Assembly: GCF_006345805.1 (NCBI RefSeq)
Contig: NC_043002.1
Coordinates: forward strand, 109,926,001-109,990,000
Source of the DNA: Octopus sinensis
Lineage: Eukaryota
Reading direction: 5' to 3'
DNA: 64,000 bases
In this document: piece after piece, positions 1-13,573 of the stretch
Position numbering within the stretch: position 1 is the first letter of the stretch
How the letters are laid out: each line of letters starts with the position of its first letter
Made by a program: the position numbers and the translations under genes
The notes under the pieces: generated by a model
What the model saw: the letters and a program-made list of their open reading frames with translations, nothing else
Told to the model about the DNA's origin: nothing
The model's database searches: none

Positions 1-318
1 TAAGTTCCTTAGGGTAACATTAAGCTTCATCATGAATTTGGTGAAATTCGATTGCAAGTTGCGAAAACTACAACGGAAAATGTGTTGCATATGATAAGCT
101 TAGATTCTCGACCCCATGTCGAATTTATCGATTTTTTCAGAACTGGGGAGACTTTTCAAAATTTTCGCTGCGTTAGTTTTGAATTATGACTTGGGCTATG
201 GTGTGTCAAGTTTCATCAGAATCGGTTGAAAGCCGTGGTCAGGGTGAGGTTGCAATCTGACAGACACACAGACAGACAGACACACAGACAGACAAACTGC
301 CTTTTATATATAGAGAGA
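1..318 (-). mobile_element. 5' part of a non-autonomous Helitron (Lep1-like), runs off the window start
   Basis: On the minus strand it begins A|TC-TCTCTATATATAAAAG followed by a (TGTC)n tract. This is the same 5' architecture as the complete elements at 1480-2449 and 20456-20851. Confidence 0.55.
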
Positions 319-360
319 TATAATATGATCTAACATAATATCTATCTATCTATCTATCTA

Positions 361-441
<81 letters not shown>

Positions 442-472
442 CACAAATACTTATATACATTCATACATATAC

Positions 473-534
<62 letters not shown>

Positions 535-703
535 AACAAATTCAAAATGCGATAAAATAAAATTAATTATTATCGCTGGTGTTTCTAGCACAGGCCATAT
601 ATTATTCATATATAAGTACATTAAAGGCGAAGTATGTACTAGAAACACAGAAGCTTGATAAATTTAGTGAAATGAAAATAAAAACATTTACTAACTCTGT
701 TCT

Positions 704-776
704 TCTTAGACTGCAGTTTCGCCTTTTCCAGCAATAAAAATAATATTTATTTACTCAGGTAGGCTCTTCAGTAAGA
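704..776 (-). ncRNA. Minimal type I hammerhead ribozyme (Penelope-like element associated)
   Basis: Minus strand reads TCTTA CTGAAGA GCCT-(loop)-AGGC GAAA CTGCAG TC TAAGA. Helix I is TCTTA/TAAGA, the CUGANGA and GAAA core is intact, helix II is GCCT/AGGC, helix III is a palindrome and the site is GUC. It lies in an AT-rich element (about 536-905) flanked by (TA)n. Confidence 0.75.
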
Positions 777-906
777 TTCCTGTCATTATGAAACGCAACT
801 CGAGAGACACATGTGCGTCTACTAAATTGCTCTTTCTAACTAATCAGATCACTGCGCAGACGCAGAACGAACCCGACAAACTAGGGACTTCTGGTATATA
901 GTCTGG

Positions 907-941
<35 letters not shown>

Positions 942-1032
942 TATATTATATAGATAATATATATATATATATATATATATGTGTGGTGTGTGTGTGTGTG
1001 TGTGGTGTTATAAAAACACATATGTATATATA

Positions 1033-1216
1033 TAGGCACAGGAGTGGCTGTGTGGTCAGCAGCTTACTTACCAACCACATGGTTCAGTCTCACTGCGTGG
1101 TACCTTGGACAAGTGTCTTGTACTATAGCCTCGGGTCAACCAAAGCCTTGTGGGTGGATTTGGTAGACGAAAACTGAAAGAAGCCCGTCGTATATATATA
1201 TATATACATGTGTGTG

Positions 1217-1253
<37 letters not shown>

Positions 1254-1455
1254 TGTGTGTGTATGTTTGTGTATCTGTGTTTGTCCCCCCACCATCGCTT
1301 GACAATCGATGCTGGTGTGTCTACGTCCCCGTAACTTAGCGGTTCGGCGTAAGAGACCGATAGAATAAGTACTAGTCCTGGGGTCAATTTGTTCAACTAA
1401 AGGCAGGGCTTAGCATGACCGCAGTCAATGACTGAAACAAGTAAAAGAGTTAAAG
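1033..1455 (+). mobile_element. tRNA-derived SINE (family with ACCTTGGGCAAGTG core and internal TA/TG microsatellite)
   Basis: Head GGCACAGGAGTGGCTGTGTGGT...GGTTCAGTC. Homologous pieces occur at 31331-31475, 32395-32990 (minus), 14500-14740 and 40560-40770. Confidence 0.7.
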
Positions 1456-1479
1456 AATAAATATATATATATATATATA

Positions 1480-2449
1480 CTAGCATTAAAGACCCGTCGT
1501 TGCCGGGTCATAGTGCTAGTGCATGTATATATGTGCATGTATACATATGTGTACATATTACATGTACATCTATATATATACATCTACACATAAAATACAA
1601 AATACAAAGTTATATCTTGATATCGCTAGTGATAACAATACTCAAAATATATAACAGACTGGAATTGTTAGCCCGTCTCTTGTAATTTCGATCAATTGTA
1701 TCTTGTCCTCCCTCTTGTATAGAAGTGTGGCTACAATCCAGCCTATCTCTACTTCGGGGGGGGGGGGCATTTAAAATTTTTCCACTTTGCAGGTTCGAGT
1801 CGAGTACTCCCTTGCACGCTCCGTTGACTCGAACCTTGCTTCTATTGTGGCGAATTTACCGCCTCTGATTAGATACCTTTCATAGTCGCACCAAGACACT
1901 TTTCGAAGTGCTTTCCTCCGTGTGTTCAAATCTTTTTTCTCTACATTGTATACTTTATAGACAATAGTCTTTTTTTAATTTAACTTTTTATTATCCATCT
2001 GGACTATTCCATTTTTGCACGCTAATCTTATTTTTAATTTATTCCCATTCATGTGAAACCACTTATTCATGTTCAAATCATTGATGCAATTTTAAACCAA
2101 TTGCTATTTTTACTTTTGTCATGTTACTTTAGTTTGATTTTAATTATTACTTACTACATATAATTCAATTGTTATTATTATTTTTATTGTTAAAGTGAAA
2201 GTATCTGACATAAAATAGAGAAACGTTTTTTGTTTCACTTTTAACACGTAATACTGAAATAGTGGGGAAGATATGATATTGCTATGGGCTCGCTCTAGGC
2301 AAGAAGTTGAACATTTTTTTGCCGATGACACTCCCCGGACCCTAAGTAAGGCAGGTGTAAAATTGAATGAAATTGGTTGTGTAGTTCTCAGCTTAGGAAA
2401 CACACAGACAGACAGACAGACACACATTCTCAGTTTATATATATAAAGA
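1480..2449 (-). mobile_element. Non-autonomous Helitron, complete
   Basis: On the minus strand it has 5' A|TC and a (TGTC)n tract, a 3' hairpin GACCCG..CGGGTC (1491-1509) and terminal CTAG|T at 1480-1483. There is no TSD and it is inserted in (TA)n. A homologous copy lies at 25830-27469. Confidence 0.8.
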
Positions 2450-2468
2450 TATATATATATATATAATA

Positions 2469-2533
<65 letters not shown>

Positions 2534-2993
2534 TATATATATATGTATGTATGTATATATATATACACACATGCATGCATTCATTCATACATAGATACAT
2601 TCATATACATACACACATACATAGTGACAAATACACAGATATAGAGATATAATATAAGCAATCCTTATGGTTAAGGAAACTAGAAAAAAATATAAATAAT
2701 CGCCGTCACAATATATTAAAAAGTCCATAAGATGAGTAATGGGTTTGCATGGGAAAATTAACAGAAATGTGTACAGAGATGCTACACCAGGAAATCTCTA
2801 GGAGAAACGAATTGCTTCATAACATGAGCTGAACAATGTAGGTTCGAAAGTTATACATAAGCTTGTTTCTGATCGACAAACTACGTATAAGAGGTTAAAG
2901 AAAAACAACGTTTTAGTAAAAAGAACACAGGAAGATCTTGGGTTGTTTTGGTCTCAGAGCTGGAATTAAAGGGAAGATTATTATCAGAAGGTA

Positions 2994-3535
2994 CAGGGTC
3001 AGGCAAAATGATCTGACACATTTGTAGGTTAAATAAAAGGCATTGTTTTTCGTTTCCTTTTCAGTTGCTGCCATGAATTGGACTGTGAGCATCGCGCTTT
3101 CATTGTGGAAAAGTTTATCAAAACAAACGATTCTGTAACTGCAACACAAAGAGCGTTCCGTTTGCACTTCAATCTGGTAGACATGATCCCGTACCAGCTC
3201 GAAACACGATCTTGTTATGGGTTACCAACTTCAGAGCTACTGGACCTGCATTGAAACGAAAATCAACCGCCGACCTCGCACCGCCAGAACTTAAAGATGC
3301 AATTCGTCAAGAATTCCACATGAAATGACCCGCCGAGTTATTGACAACTTTCGTGAACGCCTTCGACAGTGTGTGGACAATAATGGATCCCATTTGACTG
3401 ATTTAATTTTTAAAACATAATGAAACAAAATGGTATTATATGTACTTTTCAAAAATAAAAACACTTTTTTGTTTCTTTACTTCATTTGCCTTTTATTTAA
3501 CCTACAAATGTGTCAGATCATTTTGCCTGACCCTG
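2994..3535 (+). mobile_element. Tc1/mariner internally deleted DNA transposon
   Basis: Perfect 49-bp TIRs (CAGGGTCAGGCAAAATG...) with TA on both sides. A frameshifted transposase N-terminus (EHRAFIVEKFIKTNDSVTATQRAFRLHF...VPARNTILLWVTNFRATG, DUF4817-like HTH) is joined to the C-terminus (RRVIDNFRERLRQCVDNNGSHL); the DDD/E core is deleted. Confidence 0.9.
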
Positions 3536-4235
3536 TATCATGGTTAAGAAAGACTACCCAATCAATACAAACAGTAAAGCTTATATAATCGACGCTGGAC
3601 TTTTATGAAAGCTGTTGAGAAGCTGCATGGTTGGAAGGGCGCGAGAACAGGATTTAATAGTTACATAGACTGGCACAAAATGTCAGTGTTTTTACAGAAT
3701 GTCAATGTATATTTTAAAGGACAAGTATAAAGTTTGCACAAGCTGTTGAAGTTACTGCGGTTGGCAAATGTACCAGACGGCTTTATTGTTGCTACTGAAG
3801 TCTCACAAAAAGCAGATTGACTGTCTTCAGTGTTAGAAATATTTGAAAAGCTATATTTTAAGGAGACACATTGTACTAGTTTTGGCTCCGAAATTCATTG
3901 CTATTGTCTAAATGGAACCCAGAGTATCTTTGTGGATGATATAGAACTTAAGTATGGTCATTCAGATTATCAGAAAAGCTCCAAAAGAAACGAAGACTTT
4001 ATGATATTGAATCTTGATCCATACATCATAAGCTAGTTGAAAAATAGGCACCATCCCTCGGACAGATTCAGAGACTTTATTCTGCATTATGACAACAGCT
4101 TCTGGCTGAGAATGTCTGCTGTTTTTACATCAGAATGGCACCAGCTCGAGAAGGGAATTATCACCCGATGTACCATTTCAGTGGGATCTTTTTGGCAGTT
4201 GCGATCAACAATCTGGTAAAATCAGCCGAAATATA

Positions 4236-4458
4236 TATTTCTTTACTACCCACAAGGGGCTAAACACAGAGGGGACAAACAAGGACAGACAAAGGGATTA
4301 AGTCGATTACATCGACCCCAGTGCGTAACTGGTACTTAATTTATCGACCCCGAAAGGATGAAAGGCAAAGTCGACCTCGGCGGAATTTGAACTCGGAACG
4401 CAACGACAGACGAAATACGGCTACGAATTTCGCCCGGCGTGCTAACGTTTCTGCCAGC
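4236..4458 (-). mobile_element. tRNA-head SINE with Deu/Nin-like central domain
   Basis: Minus strand has B-box GAGTTCAAATTCC and GCCTTTCATCCTTTCGGGGTCGATAAATTAAGTACCAG. A 14-bp TSD TCAGCCGAAATATA lies at 4222-4235 and 4459-4472. Confidence 0.85.
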
Positions 4459-5051
4459 TCAGCCGAAATATAGACGTTTGCTCACCATATCTGGTGTCAG
4501 CCAGAACCATTTAGCTGTTTATGAATGACCTGCGATAAAAAACTTCGTCATGTGGGTTAGGAGGGTCCAAAAGTGCCTGAAGGAATTGATGATTTTGGAC
4601 TCGTGTTAGTTCCACACGGGTGAAGTCTAGATCTCTTGTGCTGATGACTTCCCAGTTGGTGGGATTCTATCCATGGATAAGAAACCAGTGAAGAGGCTGG
4701 GTGAGAAGAGGGGTTTGATTGCAGCCTGACAGACAAAACATCCGTCCATTGCAACCAACCAAGAATTGGAAACCTGGTTCACCACAGTGAACAAATCTGG
4801 TCTATTTGGATTCTTTGGTCACTCTTGGTAAATGAAATATCATTATCCAGAGTAGAGGTCTTTAAGAGGAGGGTCATCAGGTTGTTGCGGAAACGACTGG
4901 GTCTTCTTCGGATCCCAAACAGCATTGTTGTATATGGTCAGTGTGACCAGTTGAAGATTTCCTTCAGAAACCTGAAAGAAGAATGAGAGGTTTTCCACTA
5001 CCTGGAAGGTGTTGCAATAGAGATGGTGGTGGTGATGGTGGTAGCAGTGAT

Positions 5052-5430
5052 GGCGCAATGGCCCAGTGGTTAGGGCAGCGGACTCGCGGTCGTAGGATCG
5101 CGGTTTCGATTCCCAGGCCGGGCATTGTGAGTGTTTATTGAGCGAAAACACCTAAAGCTTCACGAGGCTCCTGCAGGGGGTGGTGGTGATCCCTGCTGTA
5201 CTCTTTCACCACAACTTTCTCTCACTCTTACTTCCTGTTTCTGTTGTACCTGTATTTCAAAAGGCCAGCCTTGTCATACTCTGTGTCACGCTGAATCACC
5301 TCGAGAACTACGTTAAGGGTACACGTGTCTGTGGAGTGCTCAGCCACTTGCACGTTAATTCCACGAGCAAGCTGTTCCGTTGATCGTATCAGCTGGGACC
5401 CTCATCATCGTAACCGACGGAGTGCTCCTC
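5052..5430 (+). mobile_element. tRNA-derived SINE (second family)
   Basis: A-box TGGCCCAGTGG, B-box GGTTTCGATTCC and tail GTAACCGACGGAGTGC. It is nearly collinear with 9205-9590. Confidence 0.8.
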
Positions 5431-5629
5431 CTAGCAGTAATGATGAGGGTGATGGTGGTGGTGATACTGATGATGTTGATGGTGGTGGGTTTTTTTTGGT
5501 GGGATCATTGAGCATGGAGGTTTGTGGTGTTGAAGGAAACTAAGCCTTTTCAATCGTTCCACCATGTTTAATCTCAGCGACAGTAACAATAACAACACAA
5601 CAAAAGGAACAATAATAACAATCATAATA

Positions 5630-5845
5630 ATCCTTTCTACTCTAGGCACAAGGCCTGAAATATTGATGGGAGGGGACTAACTGATTATGTCGACCCCCAC
5701 TAATCAATTGGTACTTAATTAATCGATCCCAAGAGGATGAAAAACAAAGTCAACCTCAGCGGAATTTGAACTCAGAATGTAAAGGCAGACCAAATGCCGC
5801 TAACCATTTTGCCCAGCGTGCTAACGATTCAACCAGCTCGCCGCC
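5630..5845 (-). mobile_element. Deu/Nin-like SINE, diverged copy
   Basis: Homologous to 4236-4458 and 19658-19874. Confidence 0.7.
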
Positions 5846-5851
5846 GCCGCC

Positions 5852-5902
<51 letters not shown>

Positions 5903-6225
5903 TAATTATCTTATTGGCCACAAGGGCTACACACATGATTAGTAAACATAAAGGGACAAAAGGACGAAAGGTTACAAAGGGTTTTGCCGTTTTGAAAAAT
6001 CCGAGTAAAACTGTTTAACAACGAAAGATTATAACCATGAAAAAAAAACTCCCAATAGGGGGAGGCGCTTCGAAAGTTTCCTGGTGGAAAAAAAACCCTA
6101 AAAGCAACGGGAGCCTGATCAAAAGGTGGGTAGAGAGCCCCTTTCTCCTTTTTAAAACCTTTTTCAATCACAGGCGAAACTGAGAATTGGTCCATTTATA
6201 CTGGCCATTCTCGCACAATTCACCC

Positions 6226-6267
<42 letters not shown>

Positions 6268-6503
6268 TAATCAACGAATGCGTATGCAAGATGAAATTGT
6301 AGTGGAGGAGAGGTTGGCCAATCAATATAATGTAGAAAACTCTGAAATAAGAGAGGATATGACTGAAGAACAGAGAAACCTCAGGGAAAGACTCGAGGTT
6401 TACAAGAAGAGAGACCGAACCGGTGATTCTAAGAAGCTTCCACCGTAACAATGTGAGACGCGTGACCCAGAAAGTTGATGTAATTCTGAAAGTGCAGATG
6501 TAC

Positions 6504-6507
<4 letters not shown>

Positions 6508-6564
<57 letters not shown>

Positions 6565-6605
6565 TGTGTATGTGTGTGTGTTGTGTGTATGTGTGTATGT
6601 GTGTA

Positions 6606-6639
<34 letters not shown>

Positions 6640-6759
6640 TGTGTTTGTGTGTGTGTGTTTGTGTTTGTGTGTGTGTGTGGTGTGTTGCATGTTGTGTGTG
6701 TGTGTGTGTGTTGTGTGGTTTGTGTGTGTGTGTGTGGTGTGTGCATGTTTGTGTGTGTG

Positions 6760-6809
<50 letters not shown>

Positions 6810-7070
6810 TGTATGTGTGTGTGTGTGTGTGGTATGGTGGTGTGTATGGTGTGTGTTTTGTGTGGTGTGTTTGTGTGTTGTGTTTTGTGTGTGTGTGTTT
6901 TGTTGTTTGTGTGTGTGTGTGGTGTGTGTGCATGTTTGTGTGTGTGTGTGTGTGTGTTTGTGTGTGTGTGTGGTGTGTGTGCATGTTTGTGTGTGTGTGT
7001 GGTGTGTGTGCATGTTTGTGTGTGTGTGTGTGTGTGTGTTTTGTGTGTGTGTGGTGTGTGTGTGTGTGTT
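6508..7070. repeat. Degenerate (GT)n microsatellite block
   Basis: About 560 bp of interrupted GT repeats; source of the VC/HT-rich spurious ORFs. Confidence 0.95.
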
Positions 7071-7931
7071 ATTCCATACGGAGTAGGGTTTCTTCTCTCT
7101 CGTTGGCTGTTCTTGTTTGGAATTCATGACAACTCTCAAGTCCATTTTTGTTAACTCCTTCTGCACTAGCAGAATTGCATCTGCACTTTCCTTCTGTTAT
7201 TGTCATCATCATTATTGTTGCTGAGTTATTAGCAGTTTCTGTTACAGTTGCAATTTCACTTTTAGCTGTTACTGCACTTATGGCCGCCACTGCTAATGCT
7301 GCACTTTTCCGTTGCACCTGTTGCTGTTTCCGTTCTTGAACCATTTAATGTTGTTGTGGCAGCTGTTCCACAGACACTTGTTGTTGTTTTGTTGTTGCTG
7401 TTGTTGCTGTTGTTGATGATCTTAATGATGCTGTTGCATCTCCTGTTATTGTCATCAGTCGTTATTCTACACCAATAATTGCAGTTTAATGATGCAGACA
7501 TGTTTTCAAGCGGATGTTAGAAGACAATATTGAATGTCATACGGGAGTTGGCACTAATAACACTAACACATACATATACATACATACACATACACCACAC
7601 ACATCATATATATATATAGACATACGCACATATACATACATGCATACGTATATATATATATATATATTATACATATATTCTATATATATAATATATATAT
7701 ATATAATATATATATATATATCGTATATATATATATATATATATATACGTATTAATTATATATATATATGTATGTATGTAAAAGTTCCGTTCTAGTTAAG
7801 CGTGCAAATGCACTTCGTACGTTGGGACAAATAATACTAGTTTCTGTTTATCGTTAATTTCTCATGTGTGTGTGAGTGTGTTTGTTTACAATATGTTTTC
7901 ATGTACGCATGTATGTATATATGTATGTATG

Positions 7932-8208
7932 CAGTGGCAGACTGGCCAGGTTGCCAGTTTGCCCGATGGCAAGTGGGGCCCCTGCGCCATTAGAATCCAT
8001 ATATGGGGGCCCATGTTAGTATCTAAGGGGTCCATCCCCTCAAATTTGAAATAACGCTGGAAGAATGCATTAATTATTTCATCCTGGCTGTGTTTGTAGG
8101 CAGTTGGAAAGAATACTTTTAACAAAAAAAATTAAATAGTAGCATTGTAGTTGCGGATGGGACCCCTTAATCTCCTGGCAACCAATATTTTAGACCCACT
8201 CCGCCATG
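7932..8208. mobile_element. Small MITE with degenerate TIRs
   Basis: CAGTGGCAGACTGG at the left end versus CCACTCCGCCATG at the right end, embedded in (ATGT)n. Confidence 0.4.
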
Positions 8209-8399
8209 TATGTATGTATGTATATATCTGTATGTATGTATGTATGTATGTACGTATGTATGTTGTATGTATGTATGTATGTCCCCCTCAAGGATGATGC
8301 AAATTATTACATTTTGATTACTTTGGAATGAAACAGAGGATTTTAAATTACATATTAGGAACTATAAAAGGTGCTTACTTCTTATATCACTTCAAATGC

Positions 8400-9150
8400 A
8401 GGTCTACTTTGGCCTGTGGAACTCTATGATCAGTCCAGCATTCTGCTTCATTCATTGTGCCTAAACTAAGAATGTATTTTTGATCAGCTGTGCGCGCAAT
8501 AAGATAATCTTAGACCTCGGATGCATTCGAGTAGCCTTATATTTATTTTTCTGTTTGAAAATGGGACTAGAAATAGAAAGATTGTGTTCAGTACAGAAAG
8601 TTAACACAACTGAACTATTACGATTACATTTTCCTAAGCCGGTTTTTCCCAAGAACTTGCCAAGTTTGAAAATCATTTCATACTCTGACATTAAAATATC
8701 CCGTAATTATTAGTTTAGCAGTTTGAGGTATTGATTGCAATATATATACAACTCCCTTTTCGTGTAGTTCTACGGATTCTATGGTGTGTGGCACAGTTGG
8801 TGCATATACGCTTTCAATGGTGAGAAACATGTTATTCCTCAGTTCTATGCGACAAGAAATAATTCGTTCTGATAAACCACAAGAATATTCTTTAAGTGAC
8901 GATACAATTGTACTTTTTATCGCAAAACCTACACCGGATTCACTACACTTCCGCTCATGCAGTCCTTTCTAAAAGAATAACCGCTCCCGTCTTCAGAAAG
9001 ATGTCCTACATCGTCGAGACATGTTCAAGACAGAGCTTCTATATCAATGTCTTAACGCTTGATTTTTTGAGTGTTGTAAAGAATTCTAAACAATTACTTG
9101 TCTTCTTATCACTTAGTGTGCGCACATTCCGACAGGACAAGTTCATTTTA
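8400..9150 (-). pseudogene. RTE-clade LINE AP-endonuclease remnant
   Basis: GKTGLGKCNRNSSVVLTFCTEHNLSISSPIFKQKNKYKATRMHPRSK matches the RTE endonuclease motif G.G..N.NG..LL.FC...L.I.NT.F....K.TW.HPRSK. GVGFAIK- and VYAPT-like motifs lie upstream, with stops and frameshifts. Confidence 0.75.
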
Positions 9151-9204
9151 CGCTTATAAGGCTTTTTTTTTTTTGTCTTTCCATTTTATATATTTGTCAG
9201 TGTG

Positions 9205-9590
9205 GAGGTGCAATAGTCCAGTGGTTAGGGCAGCAGACTCGCGGTCATACGATCGCGTTTTCGATTCCCAGACCGGGCGTTGTGAGTTTTTATTGAGCGA
9301 AAACACCTAAAGCTCCACGAGGCTCCGGCAGCAGGGGTGGTGGCGCACCCTGCTGCATTCTTTCACTACAACTTTCTCTCACTCTTTCTTCCTGTTTCTG
9401 TTGTACCTGTATTTCAAAGGGCCAGTCTTGTCACACCATGTGTCACGCTGAATCTCCCCGAGAACTACGTTTTAAGGGTACACTTGTCTGTGGAGTGCTC
9501 AGCCACTTGCACGTTAATTTCAGGAGCAGGCTGTTCCGTTGATCGGGATCAACTGGAACCTTCGGTCGTCGTAACCGACGGAGTACCACG
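9205..9590 (+). mobile_element. tRNA-derived SINE (second family)
   Basis: Collinear with 5052-5430. Confidence 0.8.
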
Positions 9591-10406
9591 ATTTGTCACA
9601 ATATTTTATACATTTACCACAAGGCACAGCCTGTGACAAGCTGGAGCCCCTGCCAGGCCACGCCTGTTTACCTTTGGATCCCAGGCCGCTATTGCCAATT
9701 ACTGAATCTGATTGAGCCATTTTCATTAAGTTTTTGCATTGTTAGGGGTTACTCCCAACCATATTGCTGATGTTATGTGAACGAGAAGAACCTGTACAAA
9801 CTGTATTATGTAAGAAGATGCAGACTACACTGCACTTCCTCTGCTTTGGGGTCAATAGACCTACCTTCAGGGTGACATTTAAAATTAACAGAGTGGTGCT
9901 TTAGAAACACCAGATTTTGAATTTAGAGATTTCTTTTTATATATAAAGAATTTATAAACAAAAAGATAATGTAAATATATGTAAAGAATATAAAATATAA
10001 ATTTCCAGTTTTTTTTTATATATACACCCATGTGCACGATATATACATATGTACACCCTGTTGGATAACCGTTGACTCACATAAGTTCCTCCGCCCTTTC
10101 ATACATACATGCATACATACATACATACATACTACACAGACACATGTATGTATGTATGTATGTATGTATATATATATATATGTATTTATGAATGTATGTG
10201 TATATGTATGTATGCATGTATATATATATATGTATGTATTTATAAATTATGTATGTATGTATGTATTTATATATGTATGTATATATATATATATGTATAT
10301 GCATGTATATAAACACTTACAAACATATGTACGTATATAAAACATGCATATGCAAAGAAATATGCATATAGTTGTCTCTCCCTCTTCCCCAATCACTTTT
10401 TCTCCC

Positions 10407-10472
<66 letters not shown>

Positions 10473-11082
10473 TATATATATATTTATATATATATATGTG
10501 TGTGTATATGTGTGTATGTATATGTATGTATACGTATGTATATATATGTATGTATTTACCTACCCACCCACCTACATACCCACCCATCCAACTACCTACC
10601 TACCCACCCACCTACATATCCACCTACCCTACATATATATACAAACCCATTGCAACTCAGACACTCGCTTATACACAAACACCTACAGATTGACGTAACC
10701 ACACCTAAAGCCTCTCCCCAACAACATCAGCCGACGTAACAATAGCCCTAGAGGGACCCCTGTCAGCCCCTGTGGCGCCAGCAGACCCTGTGGAGGGGGC
10801 AGAGCTCGGCGCCACATACTGCAATAGACTTCCTTTCTTTCTAAAGACCTACTTGCCCCACCCCGCTTCCACTTGTGATTACTCTCTAACGAAAAGTGGT
10901 ACACTTACTACCACAACCAGCACTACTGCTGACACTACTGCTTTTAGCACTGTCACTACTACCACCACTACCACCATCATCACTATCCTCACCACCAATA
11001 GCAACACTATTACCGTTATGATCAACAGTACCACTACTACCGCCGCCATTATCGAGGTGTCACTAACAACGATACTATACCA

Positions 11083-12050
11083 AAAGGCGGCGAGCTGGCA
11101 GAACCGTTAGCGTGCCAGGCAAAATGCCTTGCAGTATTTCGTCTGCCGTTACGTTCTGAGTTCAAATTCCGCCGAGGTCGACTTTGCCTTTCATCCTTTC
11201 GGGGTCGATAAATTAAGTACCAGTTACGCATTGGGGTCGATGTAATCGACTTAATCCGTTTGTCTGTCCTTGTTTGTCTCCTCTATGTTTAACCCCTTGT
11301 GGGTAGTAAAGAAATAGGTATTTCGTCTGCGGCTACGTTGTGAGTTCAAATTCCGCCGAGGTCGACTTTGTCTTTCATCCTTTCGAGGTCGATACATAAA
11401 GTACCAGTTACGCACTGGAGTCGATGTAATCGACTTAATACCTATGTCTGTCCTTGTTTGTCCTCTCTGTCTTTAGCCCCTTGTGGGTAATAAAGAAATA
11501 GGTATTTCGTCTGCCGTTATGTTCTGAGTTCAAATTCCGCCGAGGTCGACTTTGCCTTTCATCCTTTCGGGGTCGATAAATTAAGTACCAGTTACGCATT
11601 GGGGTCGATGTAATCGACTTAATCCGTTTGTCTGTCCTTGTTTGTCTCCTCTATGTTTAACCCCTTGTGGGTAATAAAGAAATAGGTATTTCGTCTGCGT
11701 TACGTTGTGAGTTCAAATTCCGCCGAGGTCGACTTTGCCTTTCATCCTTTCGGGGTCGATAAATTAAGTACCAGTTACGCACTGGAGTCGATGTAATCGA
11801 CTTAATACCTATGTCTGTCCTCGTTTGTCCCCTCTATGTTTAGCCCCTTGTGGGTAATAAAGAAATAGGTATTTCGTCTGCCGTTATGTTCTGAGTTCAA
11901 ATTCCGCCGAAGTCGACTTGCCTTTCATCCTTTCGGGGTTGATTAAATAAGTACCAGTTACTCACTGGGGTCGATATAATCGACTTAATCCGTTTGTCTG
12001 TCCTTGTTTGTCCCCTCTGTGTTTAGCCCCTTGTGGGTAGTAAAGAGATA
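11083..12050 (+). mobile_element. Multimeric Deu/Nin-like SINE: one head plus five tandem 184-bp bodies
   Basis: Units start at 11134, 11318, 11502, 11686 and 11869. A 12-bp TSD GATACTATACCA lies at 11071-11082 and 12051-12062. Confidence 0.9.
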
Positions 12051-12073
12051 GATACTATACCACTGTTATCACA

Positions 12074-12250
12074 TACGAAAGGATGCTGAAAAATTCCTGG
12101 CTTTCGGGATGTCGCGAAAGGTCTGGTTTGTGGCCCAGCCTTTCGAGTCCTTTTTACAGGGTTTAGAAAAACTGGCGGACCGCTGAGATGGGAATATGTT
12201 AAATAAAATCATGATCAACTGATCTTCCTGTATTTTCAGCAACCCCTCGT
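12074..12250. mobile_element. Mariner-like MITE
   Basis: TACGAAAGGATGCTGAAAA at the left end versus TTTTCAGCAACCCCTCGT at the right end. Partial copies occur at 12320-12367 and 14388-14500. Confidence 0.5.
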
Positions 12251-12270
12251 GTGTGTGTGCGTGTGTGTGT

Positions 12271-12321
<51 letters not shown>

Positions 12322-12455
12322 ACGGGGGTGTTGAAAGTTCCTGACTTTAAGGGTGTCGCGAAAGGCCTTATATATAATGTAGCCACATGTGAACCGTTGG
12401 CGATTTTCTTCCTCCGTCTTCCTTTCTATTGGACTTTCCTCTGTTGCTGATATAC

Positions 12456-12533
<78 letters not shown>

Positions 12534-12710
12534 TAGAGAATGGAGAAACATACTTAAATCAATAAAACATCAACAATCCGATGATACCCAATGAATACTT
12601 TAATACACCATTACATATGAGTAAAGGCATTATACAAAATGAGATATACAGTAATAGTAAAAAGATAAAGAGATATAAGTAAAAAATTTCAAATATAATA
12701 TGCAATTAAA

Positions 12711-12830
12711 TCAAAACTGACAGCTGTTTCGGCAGTGAGGGCAGTCATACCTCATTTAACCTATAAGCCATAAAGGCAGGTATAAATGAGGCATTAACAA
12801 GGATGCCCCACGGCCTCTTCAGAGAATTAA
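12711..12830 (-). ncRNA. Minimal hammerhead ribozyme (left-arm copy)
   Basis: Reverse complement of 13574-13693. Confidence 0.65.
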
Positions 12831-13179
12831 ATTAAATTTGTTATAATTGTGAAAAATATTATATAACCATATACATATAAATATAAAAATATAAAAATGT
12901 AAAATATAAAAACTTATACATCATAATGCTACACTTATATAATATAATACTCATTGGTACAATAAAGGAAGGTAAACAGAACAAAATAAAACAAAATATA
13001 TATCAGTGTATATATTAATATTAATAAGTACCGATATTATACATATTTGGCTAATAGTTTTTTTTAAAAAAAAAAAAAAAAAAAAAACTAACACATAGGG
13101 AGATGAAAATAATAATTAAAACCATGGTTCAGTTCATAAAATTCTAAAGCTATAAAAGTTAATAAAAATTACTATTAAT

Positions 13180-13228
<49 letters not shown>

Positions 13229-13573
13229 ATATTAATAGTAATTTTTATTAACTTTTATAGCTTTAGAATTTTATGAACTGAACCATGGTTTTAATTATTA
13301 TTTTTCATCTCCCTATGTGTTAGTTTTTTTTTTTTTTTTTTAAAAAACTATTAGCCAAATATGTATAATATCGGTACTTATTAATATTAATATATACACT
13401 GATATATATTTTGTTTTATTTTGTTCTGTTTACCTTCCTTTATTGTACCAATGAGTATTATATTATATAAGTGTAGCATTATGATGTATAAGTTTTATAT
13501 TTTACATTTTTATATTTTTATATTTATATGTATATGGTTATATAATATTTTTCACAATTATAACAAATTTAAT

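Noticed and set aside
3540-4960. Host exons in the short ORFs
   Set aside because: No splice-consistent structure; faint RT-like echoes suggest a very old LINE relic, too decayed to call.
5052-5125. tRNA gene
   Set aside because: The A/B-box head continues into a repeated SINE body and has no proper acceptor stem; the same applies at 9205 and 21554.
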